A stretch of DNA of 64,000 nt from an uncultured Acidimicrobiales bacterium (GTDB lineage Bacteria > Actinomycetota > Acidimicrobiia > Acidimicrobiales > SZUA-35), in assembly GCA_938002965.1 (NCBI GenBank), contig CALKZY010000006.1, positions 129,057 through 193,056 of the forward strand. The letters are read 5' to 3'. Within the stretch, counting starts at the first letter, position 1. Every line of letters starts with the position of its first letter. A program made the translations under genes and the position numbers. The notes beneath the pieces are model-generated. The model was not told where the DNA came from. It made no database searches and was given only the letters and a program-made list of their open reading frames with translations. This document shows positions 1 through 9,477 of this stretch, one piece after another.

Positions 1-810
1 GAACTGGCTCAGGTCATGTCCCGCTTCGGTGTAGCCGTCACAGTCGTTGAAGGCCTCGACCGTTTGCTGCCCCAGAACGAGCCTGAAGCCGGCCATGTGC
101 TAGCCGAGGTGTTCGAGTCTGAGGGAATCAGCGTGCACACCGGGCAGTTCGCCGAGAAGGTAACCTACGACAACGATCAATTCTCCGTTCACCTGCCGGA
201 CGGAACTGTGACATCGGCTGAGAAGCTGCTGGTAGCCGCCGGTCGCCGGACCTTCCTCAAAGAGTTAGGTGTGGAAGCTATCGGCATTGATCCTGACTCT
301 CGTTTGTTGTCCACTGACGGTAATCAGCGGGTGACCAATGGAGTCTGGGCGGTCGGAGACATCGCCGGAGACGGCTTGTTCACCCACCTGGCCATCCGCC
401 AAGCCGACGTGGCAGCAGCCGACATTCTCGGCAACGAGGTCGAACCGCTCAACCTTGACGCACTCTCAGCCGTCACCTTCACCGATCCCGAGGTGGGCGC
501 AGTCGGGCTAACCGAGGCCGCTGCCACCGAACAAGGCATCAACGTTGCCATCGCCTACAAGCCCGTGGCCCACACCGCCAGAGGCTGGCTTCACATGCAC
601 GGCAACGAAGGTTTCATCAAGCTTGTGGCTGACGCCGACAAGCAGATTCTGGTCGGAGCAACGTCGGTGGGACCCGCCGGCGGCGAGGTGTTGGGTCTGC
701 TATCACTGGCTGTGCACGCCAAGATCCCGATCTCAACTGTCAAATCCATGATCTACGCCTACCCCACATTCCACAAGGGCGTGGAGGACGCGCTCAACGA
801 GTTCTCGTAG
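1..810 (+). CDS. Pyridine nucleotide-disulfide oxidoreductase (dihydrolipoamide dehydrogenase / mercuric reductase-like), C-terminal part; 5' end lies outside the window
   Basis: The frame is open from base 1 (ELAQVMSRFGVAVTVVE...). It carries an NAD-binding region, then a GDIAG FAD motif and a C-terminal dimerisation domain (AYPTFHKGVEDAL). Confidence 0.8.
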   Translation, partial: ELAQVMSRFGVAVTVVEGLDRLLPQNEPEAGHVLAEVFESEGISVHTGQFAEKVTYDNDQFSVHLPDGTVTSAEKLLVAAGRRTFLKELGVEAIGIDPDSRLLSTDGNQRVTNGVWAVGDIAGDGLFTHLAIRQADVAAADILGNEVEPLNLDALSAVTFTDPEVGAVGLTEAAATEQGINVAIAYKPVAHTARGWLHMHGNEGFIKLVADADKQILVGATSVGPAGGEVLGLLSLAVHAKIPISTVKSMIYAYPTFHKGVEDALNEFS

Positions 811-826
811 CGATCACAGGACAGGC

Positions 827-1492
827 TTAGCTACGGCCAGGCAGCGTGTCTCGATCCATCGCCGTCGGCGCACTCTGCCGTGCCACTGACGCCCAGACGG
901 CGTAGAGCGGATCGCTGGCGACTCCTGGGTTTCGAAGCTGAACGACCGGCTCATCAAAGCCGAGAGTCGCGGTGAAGTAAGCGGCGACGATGTCGCAATG
1001 CTGCTGGTCATTCGTTGCCAACCAACCCTTGATGGCCTTGGTCGGAAAGCATCGGTTGGAGAACGTGCATACGAACACGCCACCGGGCCTGGTCACCCGA
1101 GCAACCTCGGCGAAAACCTCCAAGGGCTTGGTGAGGTAGTCGACCGATACACAGCATGTGGCCCCGTCGAACGAGTCTCCACCGAACGGTAGCGTCGGGT
1201 CGACGTTGAGATCTTGCACCACATGGTCAGAGGCCGCCTCATTGGCCTCAAGCTCATTGGCGTTCATGCCCAATGCTGTCAGATGCTTCGGTGGCGTTCG
1301 AAAGTGGGAGATCCATGACGAGCACAAATCCAGAATCCGACCTGACAACGCCAACTCGTCGTACAACTCCCCCACCGCAGCGATGGCCAGACCATCAATG
1401 TGAGTGACGAAGCGGTCGAACTGGTAGAACTCAGCATCGTTGGCTCTGTCTGCACGGTCGAAGAAGCCGTCGGGGTACTGGTCGTAGCTCAC
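827..1492 (-). CDS. Class I SAM-dependent methyltransferase
   Basis: 221 aa with a methyltransferase type-11-like core (ILDLCSSW...LTALGMN...RPGGVFV). Its GTG start overlaps the upstream paaX-like stop as GTGA (1489-1492). Confidence 0.7.
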   Translation of the reverse strand: MSYDQYPDGFFDRADRANDAEFYQFDRFVTHIDGLAIAAVGELYDELALSGRILDLCSSWISHFRTPPKHLTALGMNANELEANEAASDHVVQDLNVDPTLPFGGDSFDGATCCVSVDYLTKPLEVFAEVARVTRPGGVFVCTFSNRCFPTKAIKGWLATNDQQHCDIVAAYFTATLGFDEPVVQLRNPGVASDPLYAVWASVARQSAPTAMDRDTLPGRS

Positions 1493-2352
1493 CCCTCAGA
1501 GACCGCCCACCATTGCTGCGCTGCCGGTAGCAGATCTCTGCGGCGGTGCTCGAAAAGGGCGGCGGCTTGATGACCTGACCAATCGTTAGGAAGTAGTTCC
1601 GCCGGGAGTTCGGGATCAATCAGCGGGAACTTGCGCCACTGGTGCACCAAGTCGACCAGCTCAGTGGCGGCAGCAAAGGGGTCATCGGCATCGTCCCCGA
1701 CCGATTCAAACCGATGTAGAAATTGGCTGTACTGGCGGCCAAGCGCATCAAGATCCCAGGCACCGGCTACAAGGTCGGCGTCAGCACCCAATCCGGCCAA
1801 CTTTGATTCGAACAGGCTGGCTCCCGAGCCGCCAGCGACGCTGTGAGCATCAAGGACGGCCAACACCTCGGGCCGTCGTGCGACCCACGGGCAGATCCAG
1901 GTGCCTCTTGAGGCAGTGCCGCATCCAGTCCAGCGCAGCGCCCGGGCCAATCGAAATTCCGTTGCCCGGTCTAGCGGCTGATCGCCCGGGACGAGCAGAA
2001 GCCACGAACCATTCCATTGCTGTCGCCGTTGCCCAAAGTCGTAGATACGAGATCCGCCGCTTTCCAACTGCCCGAGAAGCTCGTGGCCAAGCACCCAGCG
2101 GACGCTCCTCCCGTGACGTTCGCGCTCAAGCCATCCAGGGCGTTCCATGCGCGACAGCGCTTGCCGGACGGCCTTGTCCTTGATAGCAAGGCCGTCGAGA
2201 AGGGTGACGAGCGTTCGGGTCCAGGCCCCTGCGCCTCCTGGTCGGGCCAACTCACCGAGCACAGTCAACAGCAATCCCCTGGCCGACTCCGCACTAGCGG
2301 TTCCATCGGCGGTGGTCCCAAGAATTGGGGCGGAAGTCGAGCGCAATGCCAT
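1489..2352 (-). CDS. paaX: PaaX-family transcriptional repressor (phenylacetyl-CoA/aryl-CoA responsive family)
   Basis: N-terminal winged-helix region typical of PaaX (LLLTVLGELARPGG...LLDGLAIKDKAVRQALSRMERPGWLERERHGRSVRW). It is transcribed divergently from boxC. I prefer the ATG at 2352 (MALRSTS...) over the TTG at 2388 used in the ORF track. Confidence 0.75.
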   Translation of the reverse strand: MALRSTSAPILGTTADGTASAESARGLLLTVLGELARPGGAGAWTRTLVTLLDGLAIKDKAVRQALSRMERPGWLERERHGRSVRWVLGHELLGQLESGGSRIYDFGQRRQQWNGSWLLLVPGDQPLDRATEFRLARALRWTGCGTASRGTWICPWVARRPEVLAVLDAHSVAGGSGASLFESKLAGLGADADLVAGAWDLDALGRQYSQFLHRFESVGDDADDPFAAATELVDLVHQWRKFPLIDPELPAELLPNDWSGHQAAALFEHRRRDLLPAAQQWWAVSEG

Positions 2353-2358
2353 CAACCT

Positions 2359-2402
2359 ACATTCTACACAACTTGACGCAATGAACAATAAGTGTAGAAT
2401 GT
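2359..2402. promoter_or_regulatory. Perfect 11-bp inverted repeat (ACATTCTACAC N22 GTGTAGAATGT) carrying two outward-facing TAGAAT -10 boxes; candidate PaaX operator and divergent promoters
   Basis: Arms lie at 2359-2369 and 2392-2402. On the plus strand, TTGACG (2373-2378), a 16 nt spacer and TAGAAT (2395-2400) face boxC. The mirror TAGAAT on the minus strand (2366-2361) ends 8 nt before the paaX ATG. Confidence 0.5.
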
Positions 2403-2441
2403 CGGTAGACGCTCACAAGCTTAGGATTGCTCGGGTTTGCC

Positions 2442-4133
2442 ATGACATCTGCCGACATTGACTTTCGAACTAGCCCCGCTCGCTATCACCATTGGACCGT
2501 CGAATACGACGAAGCTGTGGCCACCGTGCGTATGGCCGTCGACCCCGAGCACGGGCTCATGGGCGACTACAAGCTGAAGACCAACTCCTACGATCTCGGA
2601 GTCGACATCGAGCTGTACGACATTGTTCAACGACTTCGCTTCGAACACCCCGAAGTCAAAGTAGTGGTCCTGACCGGCGGCCTGGACAAGATCTTTTGCG
2701 CCGGAGCCAACATTCAGATGTTGGCCGACTCCACCCACGGTCACAAAGTCAACTTCTGCAAGTTCACCAACGAGACCCGCAACGCCATCGAAGATGCCAC
2801 CTCGAACTCCCGACAAACGTGGCTGGCAGCAGTCAACGGCACGGCAGCCGGCGGCGGCTACGAGCTGGCATTGGCCTGCGACGAAATCATCCTGATAGAC
2901 GACCGCGCCTCAGCAGTCTCGCTGCCCGAACTTCCGTTACTGGCCGTCCTACCCGGAACCGGCGGCCTAACTCGGGTGGTGGACAAACGCCTAGTTCGGC
3001 GAGACCTGGCCGATGCCTTCGCCACCAAGACCGAGGGAGTCCGAGGCAAGACGGCAATGCAGTGGGGCCTGGTCGACCACGTAGCGCCAGCCAGTTCGTT
3101 CGAGGAGGCGGTCGCCGCTCGGGTACAGGAACGGGCATCGACATCAGACCGCCCCGGAGACACATCCGGGATTGAGTTCACCGCCCTCGATCGAATGATC
3201 GACGAAGACACGATCTCCTATGGCGGCGAAAATCACAGTGCGGATGCAAGTGTCACGGTAACCATCGACCGGACCACCGGAACAGCGACCATCACCGTTG
3301 CCGCCCCGGAACTTCACCAACCCGAAACCGCCGATGAGCTGGTAGCCGCAGGAGCCGAATCCTGGTTGCTCTCGGTTGTCAGACAGCTCGATGACGCCAT
3401 CCTCCACCTGCGCTTCAACGAAACCGACATCGGAACTTGGATGTTCGCTACCACGGGCCAGGCCGAGGCCATCGTCCAAGCCGAAGCGGTGTTGGGAAGC
3501 GAACCGGACCACTGGCTGGTGCGGGAAGTCCGCCTCTACTGGGCTCGAACTCTCAAGCGCATCGACGTGTCGGCCCGCACGCTTATGGCTGCGGTCGAGC
3601 CCGGAAGTTGCTTCGCCGGAACGCTAGCTGAACTCCTGTTGGCCGCCGACCGCAGTTTCATGCTGGAAGGAACATGGGAGGACGACGACAACCCTCCTCC
3701 CCCGGCAACCATGACGCTGACCGATGCCAACCTTGGCTGGTACCCAATGTCAAACGGTCTTAGCCGACTCGAAACCCGGTTCTGGCAGCGACCGGACGCC
3801 TATGCCCAGGCAGCCAAGACCGTTGGCTCGGCCTTGACCGCAGCAGAAGCTCTCGAAGCCGAATTGGTCACGTTCACGCCCGACGATCTCGACTGGCATG
3901 ACGAACTTCGCCTAGTCCTAGAGGAGCGCAACAGCTTCTCCCCCGATGCTCTGACCGGGATGGAAGCCAGCTACCGCTTCCCCGGCCCGGAAACGATGGA
4001 AACCAAGATCTTCTCTCGGCTTACCGCATGGCAGAACTGGATCTTCCAACGACCCAACGCCGCCGGGCCCGATGGTGCACTTCGCCGCTTCGGTACTGGC
4101 TCTCGACCCGACTACGACCGCAACCGAATTTGA
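2442..4133 (+). CDS. boxC: Benzoyl-CoA-dihydrodiol lyase (2,3-epoxybenzoyl-CoA dihydrolase) BoxC, crotonase superfamily
   Basis: Long blocks characteristic of BoxC: NSYDLGVDIELYDIVQRLRFEHPEV, FCAGANIQML, HKVNFCKFTNETRNAIED, GGGYELALACDEI, LPGTGGLTRV. Length is about 560 aa. The start could instead be the TTG at 2427. Confidence 0.9.
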   Translation: MTSADIDFRTSPARYHHWTVEYDEAVATVRMAVDPEHGLMGDYKLKTNSYDLGVDIELYDIVQRLRFEHPEVKVVVLTGGLDKIFCAGANIQMLADSTHGHKVNFCKFTNETRNAIEDATSNSRQTWLAAVNGTAAGGGYELALACDEIILIDDRASAVSLPELPLLAVLPGTGGLTRVVDKRLVRRDLADAFATKTEGVRGKTAMQWGLVDHVAPASSFEEAVAARVQERASTSDRPGDTSGIEFTALDRMIDEDTISYGGENHSADASVTVTIDRTTGTATITVAAPELHQPETADELVAAGAESWLLSVVRQLDDAILHLRFNETDIGTWMFATTGQAEAIVQAEAVLGSEPDHWLVREVRLYWARTLKRIDVSARTLMAAVEPGSCFAGTLAELLLAADRSFMLEGTWEDDDNPPPPATMTLTDANLGWYPMSNGLSRLETRFWQRPDAYAQAAKTVGSALTAAEALEAELVTFTPDDLDWHDELRLVLEERNSFSPDALTGMEASYRFPGPETMETKIFSRLTAWQNWIFQRPNAAGPDGALRRFGTGSRPDYDRNRI

Positions 4134-4178
4134 GGCCAACTGTTTGGCCATCGGCCAAACGTTCCCAAGGAGACCAAC

Positions 4179-5606
4179 ATGGCACTAGTTGACATCAACG
4201 CCAAGATCCCAAACAACGTCGACCTGGCCGGCGACCGTCGGCTGCAGCGAGCGCTGGAACAATGGCAACCCAAATTCATTCGCTGGTGGGAAGACCTGGG
4301 CCCCTCGGCGTTCAAGCGAAACCCCGTCTTTCTACGCACTGCTGTCGATGTGGGCCGCGATGGCTGGGCCAACTTCGATCACGTGGAAATGCCCGACTAC
4401 CGGTGGGGCGTATTCCTGGCCGACCCCGAACCAGAACGTAAAGTAGCGTTCGGTGACCACAAAGGACAAGACGTCTGGCAGGAGGTCCCGGGCGAGTACC
4501 GTTCCGAACTCCAGCGTCTCATCGTCGTCCAAGGCGACACCGAGCCGGCCTCGGTCGAACAACAACGACATCTGAGCCTCACCGCCCCTTCGCTCTATGA
4601 CATGCGAAACCTGTTCCAGGTCAACGTCGAGGAGGGCCGCCACCTGTGGGCCATGGTTTACCTGCTCCACCGCTACTTCGGTCGTGACGGGCGAGACGAA
4701 GCGGACGAGATGTTGGAGCGACACTCCGGTGACGCCGACAACCCTCGCATTCTGGGTGCGTTCAACGAAGAGACCCCGGACTGGTTGTCGTTCTTCATGT
4801 TCACCTACTTCACCGACCGCGACGGAAAGTACCAACTGGCGTCGCTGCGGGAGTCGGCTTTTGACCCCCTAAGTCGAACTTGTGACTTCATGTTGAAAGA
4901 AGAGGCCTACCACATGTTCGTGGGAACCTCGGGCGTGACGCGGGTTGTGCAACGAACAGCTGAGCTGATGAACCAGCACGGCACAGATGACATCCACCCC
5001 CACGGCGGCCTCAACCTCGACCTGCTCCAGAAGTACATCAACTTCCACTACTCGGTCTCACTGGACCTGTTCGGTGCCGAAACGTCAACCAACGCCGCCA
5101 ACTACTTCGCCGCTGGGATCAAAGGACGGTTCCAGGAGGAGCGTCGAGACGACGATCACCTGCTCAAGACCAGCTATCGGAACGTGCCGACGGTGGAAGG
5201 CCAAGGCACCGAACTGCGGATAGGCAGCCGCGAAGTTACTCAACTGGCGGCCCTCAACGAAACGCTCCGCGACGACTACATCGAAGACTGCCAAAAGGGT
5301 CTCGACCGCTGGAACCGAACGCTGGCGGGGGCGGGCATCGACTTTACCTTCTCGCTTCCCCATTCGGCCTTCAACCGAGAAGTTGGTGTCTTCCGGGACA
5401 GCCGAATCTCACCCAGCGGCCACGTGCTAACCGAAGACCAGTGGGCAGGGTCGGCCGACAACTGGCTGCCAACTGCCGATGACCGAGCGCACGTCGGCTC
5501 CCTGATGGTCGGCGTCACCAAACCTGGCGTTATGGCCGGTTGGGTGGCCCCTCCGGCCCAGGGCGTTCACCAAAAGCCGGTTGAATACGAGTACGTACGG
5601 CTGTAG
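4179..5606 (+). CDS. boxB: Benzoyl-CoA 2,3-epoxidase (oxygenase) subunit B, di-iron protein BoxB
   Basis: 475 aa. The N-terminus (IPNNVDL..DRRLQRALEQWQPKFIRWW, MPDYRWGVFLA) and EEGRH/EEAYH di-iron motifs are typical of BoxB. It lies immediately downstream of boxC. Confidence 0.9.
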   Translation: MALVDINAKIPNNVDLAGDRRLQRALEQWQPKFIRWWEDLGPSAFKRNPVFLRTAVDVGRDGWANFDHVEMPDYRWGVFLADPEPERKVAFGDHKGQDVWQEVPGEYRSELQRLIVVQGDTEPASVEQQRHLSLTAPSLYDMRNLFQVNVEEGRHLWAMVYLLHRYFGRDGRDEADEMLERHSGDADNPRILGAFNEETPDWLSFFMFTYFTDRDGKYQLASLRESAFDPLSRTCDFMLKEEAYHMFVGTSGVTRVVQRTAELMNQHGTDDIHPHGGLNLDLLQKYINFHYSVSLDLFGAETSTNAANYFAAGIKGRFQEERRDDDHLLKTSYRNVPTVEGQGTELRIGSREVTQLAALNETLRDDYIEDCQKGLDRWNRTLAGAGIDFTFSLPHSAFNREVGVFRDSRISPSGHVLTEDQWAGSADNWLPTADDRAHVGSLMVGVTKPGVMAGWVAPPAQGVHQKPVEYEYVRL

Positions 5607-5624
5607 GTCGTCCATACTGGCTCG

Positions 5625-6422
5625 ATGGCTACAACCTCATGGACCGACCATGACGCTCAACCCACCGCCTGGCGTGAAGCGGGCTCCGGCGAGGTTGTCA
5701 TGTTCCTCCACGGATTGGGCGGCACCAGAGAGTCATGGAATCCACAGCTCCGAGCGCTGTCCGACACCTGGCGCTGTGTCGCATGGGATATGCCGGGCTA
5801 CGGCGCGTCGGCTCCAGCGGCACCGCTGAACTTTGAAGCCATCGCTCATCGCCTAGTGGACTTGCTGGACACGCTCGAAGTTGCCAGAGCCACTCTCGTC
5901 GGGTTGTCCTTTGGCGGTATGCATGCACTGCATACCGCTATTGGCTTCCCGGACCGCATCACTCGACTCGTCCTAGCCGACACCAGCCCGGCTTTCGGCC
6001 TCAACGGCACGACAGCCGACCAGTGGAAGCGGGACAGGCTCGCCCCGCTCGACGGTGGCGCTACACCAGCCGCCATGGCGACCGACGTCATCGACGCCAT
6101 CAGCCACCGGACGTTGGAGGAAAACGTTCGAGCCGAGTTAGTAGCCGGTTTCGGCCGAATTTCGACCGCCGGCCTCCGGGCGGCCGTCGAATGCCTACCG
6201 GACCACGACGTTCGACCCTACCTCGAACAGATCACGCAACCCGCGCTGGTAATCGTCGGGGCGCAGGATCACGAGACCCCTGTCGAGTACGCTCGCTTGC
6301 TGGCCGATGGGCTACCAAACGGGATCCTCCACGTTCTTGACGATGTCGGTCACCTGTCGCCGTCGGAAGCACCAACCGAGTTCAATGAACTCATTCGATC
6401 CTTTCTGAACGCAGCACCATGA
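5625..6422 (+). CDS. Alpha/beta-fold hydrolase (3-oxoadipate enol-lactonase-like)
   Basis: 265 aa with HGLGG near the N-terminus, the nucleophile elbow GLSFGG and a C-terminal GHL(S) His motif. Confidence 0.75.
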   Translation: MATTSWTDHDAQPTAWREAGSGEVVMFLHGLGGTRESWNPQLRALSDTWRCVAWDMPGYGASAPAAPLNFEAIAHRLVDLLDTLEVARATLVGLSFGGMHALHTAIGFPDRITRLVLADTSPAFGLNGTTADQWKRDRLAPLDGGATPAAMATDVIDAISHRTLEENVRAELVAGFGRISTAGLRAAVECLPDHDVRPYLEQITQPALVIVGAQDHETPVEYARLLADGLPNGILHVLDDVGHLSPSEAPTEFNELIRSFLNAAP

Positions 6423-6435
6423 CAGAGCCAGCGCC

Positions 6436-7629
6436 ATGACAAGATCACCACTTGCCACCCCTGAACGCATGGCGATTGTTGACCGTGTGCGCCAACTCGG
6501 CCCAGCCATCGCCGCCCGGGCGGTTGGACACGACCTGGCCGCCGAGTTCCCGAAGGCCAATTGGGACGACTTCACCGAGGCTGGCCTCCTAGGCATCTGC
6601 ATCCCCGCCGAGGACGGCGGCTTGGGCGGGGACTTCGTCGCCTACGCACTGGCCTCCGAGGAGTTGGGGCGCCACTGCGCCGCCACCGCCCTGACGTTCA
6701 ATATGCATGTGGCCACCACATTGCTCACCGGTCAGATCGCCGATGACATGGACCTCTCCGACGATGATGGCGAAACGCTCCGGCAACGGCGCTCCGTCTT
6801 GCGCCGGGGCGTGATTGACGACGGCATCATCCACTCCCAGCCATTCTCAGAAGGCGTCTCGGCCGGTGCCACGTCGGGATTCTCTACCCGGGCACAACCA
6901 GTCGATGGTGGCTATCGGGTCAGTGGTCGCAAGATCTTCGCTTCGCTCAGCGGCGGTGCGCACATCAACAACGTGGCTTGCATGGTGGAGGGAGACGAGC
7001 GGGTCAGACTGCTCGGCGTACCAGCCAATGCCGAGGGAGTAACACTGGAAGGCTCATGGGACCCGTTGGGCATGCGGGCCACCGACTCTCGCACCTTGGT
7101 CATGGAGAACGTCTTTGTTCCCGACGACCACGAATGGCTCCCCCCAGGGGTCTTCGACCAGGCCGCTCAGCGTTGGCCCTACTTTTACATGACGCTGTCG
7201 TTCAGCTACCTAGGTCTCATGCAAGCCATCATCGACGCCACCTCCGAGTACCTCATCGGTGACGGCGGGTCCACCTCACGACGCAACCACCCCATCAAAC
7301 AGCAGGGTTGGGCCCAAATGAATCTGATCTACGAACAGGCTCAAGCCCTTTGCTACCGAGTTCTGGGTGAGGTCGGGGTGGATCCTTCAGCGGCTCAAGT
7401 ACGCCGAGCGTGGGCATCGATGGTCACCACTATGGAGGCGGCACCCGACTTGGCGTCACTCGCTCTGCGAGTCTGCGGCGGTCGCTCGCTGCTTCGCCCG
7501 TCGGCTCTGGAACGGTTCTATCGAGACGCCCGCTGCGGAGCCACCATGTTGCCGTGGAGCGTCGAGGTGTGCCTGGAACGACTGGGCCGCGCTGACTTGT
7601 TTCCCGACGCAACCGAGAACCCGGCCTAA
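6436..7629 (+). CDS. Acyl-CoA dehydrogenase family protein
   Basis: 397 aa with the ACAD three-domain layout (GLLGICIPAEDGGLG, FSEGVSAG...GYRVSGRKIFAS, C-terminal helical domain). Confidence 0.8.
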   Translation: MTRSPLATPERMAIVDRVRQLGPAIAARAVGHDLAAEFPKANWDDFTEAGLLGICIPAEDGGLGGDFVAYALASEELGRHCAATALTFNMHVATTLLTGQIADDMDLSDDDGETLRQRRSVLRRGVIDDGIIHSQPFSEGVSAGATSGFSTRAQPVDGGYRVSGRKIFASLSGGAHINNVACMVEGDERVRLLGVPANAEGVTLEGSWDPLGMRATDSRTLVMENVFVPDDHEWLPPGVFDQAAQRWPYFYMTLSFSYLGLMQAIIDATSEYLIGDGGSTSRRNHPIKQQGWAQMNLIYEQAQALCYRVLGEVGVDPSAAQVRRAWASMVTTMEAAPDLASLALRVCGGRSLLRPSALERFYRDARCGATMLPWSVEVCLERLGRADLFPDATENPA

Positions 7630-7664
7630 CTGGCACGGCAAAATTGAGACACGGAGCGGCAGCT

Positions 7665-8702
7665 ATGACCGAATGGACCTGGATCGAGCGTTACGCCACC
7701 CAGTTCAACGCCTGCAACGTCGGCCCATCAACGGCCACTGTTGTCCTATCGGAGAGCCGGAGCAGGCCGGAAATCGTCGATACCGCTCGCTTGGCGCTAT
7801 CCAGCCTTGGCGCATCCGTCATTGACATTGTTCTCCCCACACCGGCGAACCCAGGGCCACTGCCCATTCGTTCAACCGGGGCATCACAGGCAATAGCGGG
7901 CAACGAGGCCGCCATCGCCGCGCTCCAAGCCGCCGACTTCGTGGCCGACTGCACCGTGGAAGGCCTCCTACACGCCCCTGAACTGGGAGTCTTGCTGGAA
8001 GCAGGCACCCGGATTTTGATGATCTCCAACGAACACCCGGAGAACACCGAACGGTGGCCTCACGACCCGGGCCTAGCCGAGCGCGTTGACCGCGGAGTCG
8101 AGTGGATGAACGAGGCGGAGACAATGACCGTCACATCCGTAGCGGGAACGAACCTGACAATCAGTCTTGACGGGGCGTTTCGCGCTGGCTCCTACGGCTG
8201 GTGCACCGATCCCGGCAGCATCGCCCACTGGCCTGGGGGTCTGGTCTTGGCTTTCCCCGCCAGCGGCTCAGTAAACGGCACACTGGTTCTGGCTACGGGC
8301 GACGTCAACTTGACCTTCAAGCAGTATGTGACCGATCCAATCACCTGCCACGTCACCGACGACCACATAGTGGATGTCAAAGGCGACGGCGTCGACACAG
8401 AGCTATTCCGAAGCTATTTGAACGCCTTTGAAGAACCGGACGCCTGGGCTGTCAGTCATGTCGGTTGGGGTATGAACACGGCTGCACGATGGGAGTCGCT
8501 GGCCATGTGGGACAAAGGTGATCACAACGGCACCGAGCTGAGGGCTTTCGCAGGCAACTTCCTTTACTCCACGGGAGCTAACGAGGTAGCCGGCCGATTC
8601 TGCCGGGGACACTTCGATTTGCCGATGCGTAACTGCACGGTCTCATTGGACGACCGAGTGGTCGTTGCCAACGGCGTCCTATGCCCCGAACTATCACCCT
8701 GA
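7665..8702 (+). CDS. NicX-family protein (2,5-dihydroxypyridine 5,6-dioxygenase-like; M29 aminopeptidase fold)
   Basis: Blocks resemble P. putida NicX as I recall it: HWPGGLVLAFP, GTLVLATGDVNLTFKQY, VSHVGWGMN, RAFAGNFLYSTGAN, HFDLPMRNCTVSLDDRVVV. The ATG at 7665 follows a GGAG; the ORF track starts at the TTG at 7644. Confidence 0.6.
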   Translation: MTEWTWIERYATQFNACNVGPSTATVVLSESRSRPEIVDTARLALSSLGASVIDIVLPTPANPGPLPIRSTGASQAIAGNEAAIAALQAADFVADCTVEGLLHAPELGVLLEAGTRILMISNEHPENTERWPHDPGLAERVDRGVEWMNEAETMTVTSVAGTNLTISLDGAFRAGSYGWCTDPGSIAHWPGGLVLAFPASGSVNGTLVLATGDVNLTFKQYVTDPITCHVTDDHIVDVKGDGVDTELFRSYLNAFEEPDAWAVSHVGWGMNTAARWESLAMWDKGDHNGTELRAFAGNFLYSTGANEVAGRFCRGHFDLPMRNCTVSLDDRVVVANGVLCPELSP

Positions 8703-8718
8703 ATCTGGGGGGGGAAGC

Positions 8719-9456
8719 GTGCCGGACCTGATCATTGATATACACCGATCCGACCAGCGGTTCGACACCTCAATCGGATGGCTTGACTCCAAGCACAGTT
8801 TCAGCTTCGGTCGCCACTATGACCCCGACAACACCAGCCATGGGCTTCTGATTGTTTCTAACGACGACTCCGTGGCACCAGGAGGCGGATTTCAGCCGCA
8901 CTCCCACCGGGACATGGAAATCGTCACGTGGGTTCTCGAAGGCAAGCTCGAGCACCGCGATTCTGAGGGCAATCATGGTGTTCTCTACCCTGGACTGGCT
9001 CAACGTATGAGTGCGGGCAGCGGTATTACACACTCCGAACTGAACCACTCCCAGACCGACCCCGTCCACTTCATTCAGATGTGGGTCCCACCAGATACAT
9101 CAGGGGTACAACCGTCCTACGAGCAGCGAGACGTCAACGAAGCTTTGACCGGCGGGGACCTTGTCACCGTAGCTTCGGGTACCGGTGACACAGACACCAT
9201 TCACATCCACCAAGCAGGAGCATCCATGGCGGTGGCCCGGATGAAAGTCGGCCAATCGGTAGCGTTGCCCAACAGCCCGTTTGTCCACGTCTTTATGGCT
9301 CGTGGCTCGGCGATGCTCGACAGCCAATCAGGTAGCGAGACGTTGGCCGTAGGCGACGCGGCGAGAATACGCCATGCTGAGTCGCTCAGCGTGACCGCTC
9401 ATAGCTCGTCGGTCGAAATCATCGTGTGGGAGAGCAGCGCCTCGGCCGACCGCTAG
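8719..9456 (+). CDS. Pirin-family (bicupin) protein
   Basis: Pirin N-terminal motifs (GWLDSKHSFSFG, GFQPHSHRDMEIVTWVLEG.LEHRDS.GN). The GTG at 8719 is preceded by GGGGGGGAAGC, and the upstream part of the ORF overlaps the previous gene. Confidence 0.8.
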   Translation: MPDLIIDIHRSDQRFDTSIGWLDSKHSFSFGRHYDPDNTSHGLLIVSNDDSVAPGGGFQPHSHRDMEIVTWVLEGKLEHRDSEGNHGVLYPGLAQRMSAGSGITHSELNHSQTDPVHFIQMWVPPDTSGVQPSYEQRDVNEALTGGDLVTVASGTGDTDTIHIHQAGASMAVARMKVGQSVALPNSPFVHVFMARGSAMLDSQSGSETLAVGDAARIRHAESLSVTAHSSSVEIIVWESSASADR

Positions 9457-9477
9457 AGGTCAACGTGACACGTCGAA

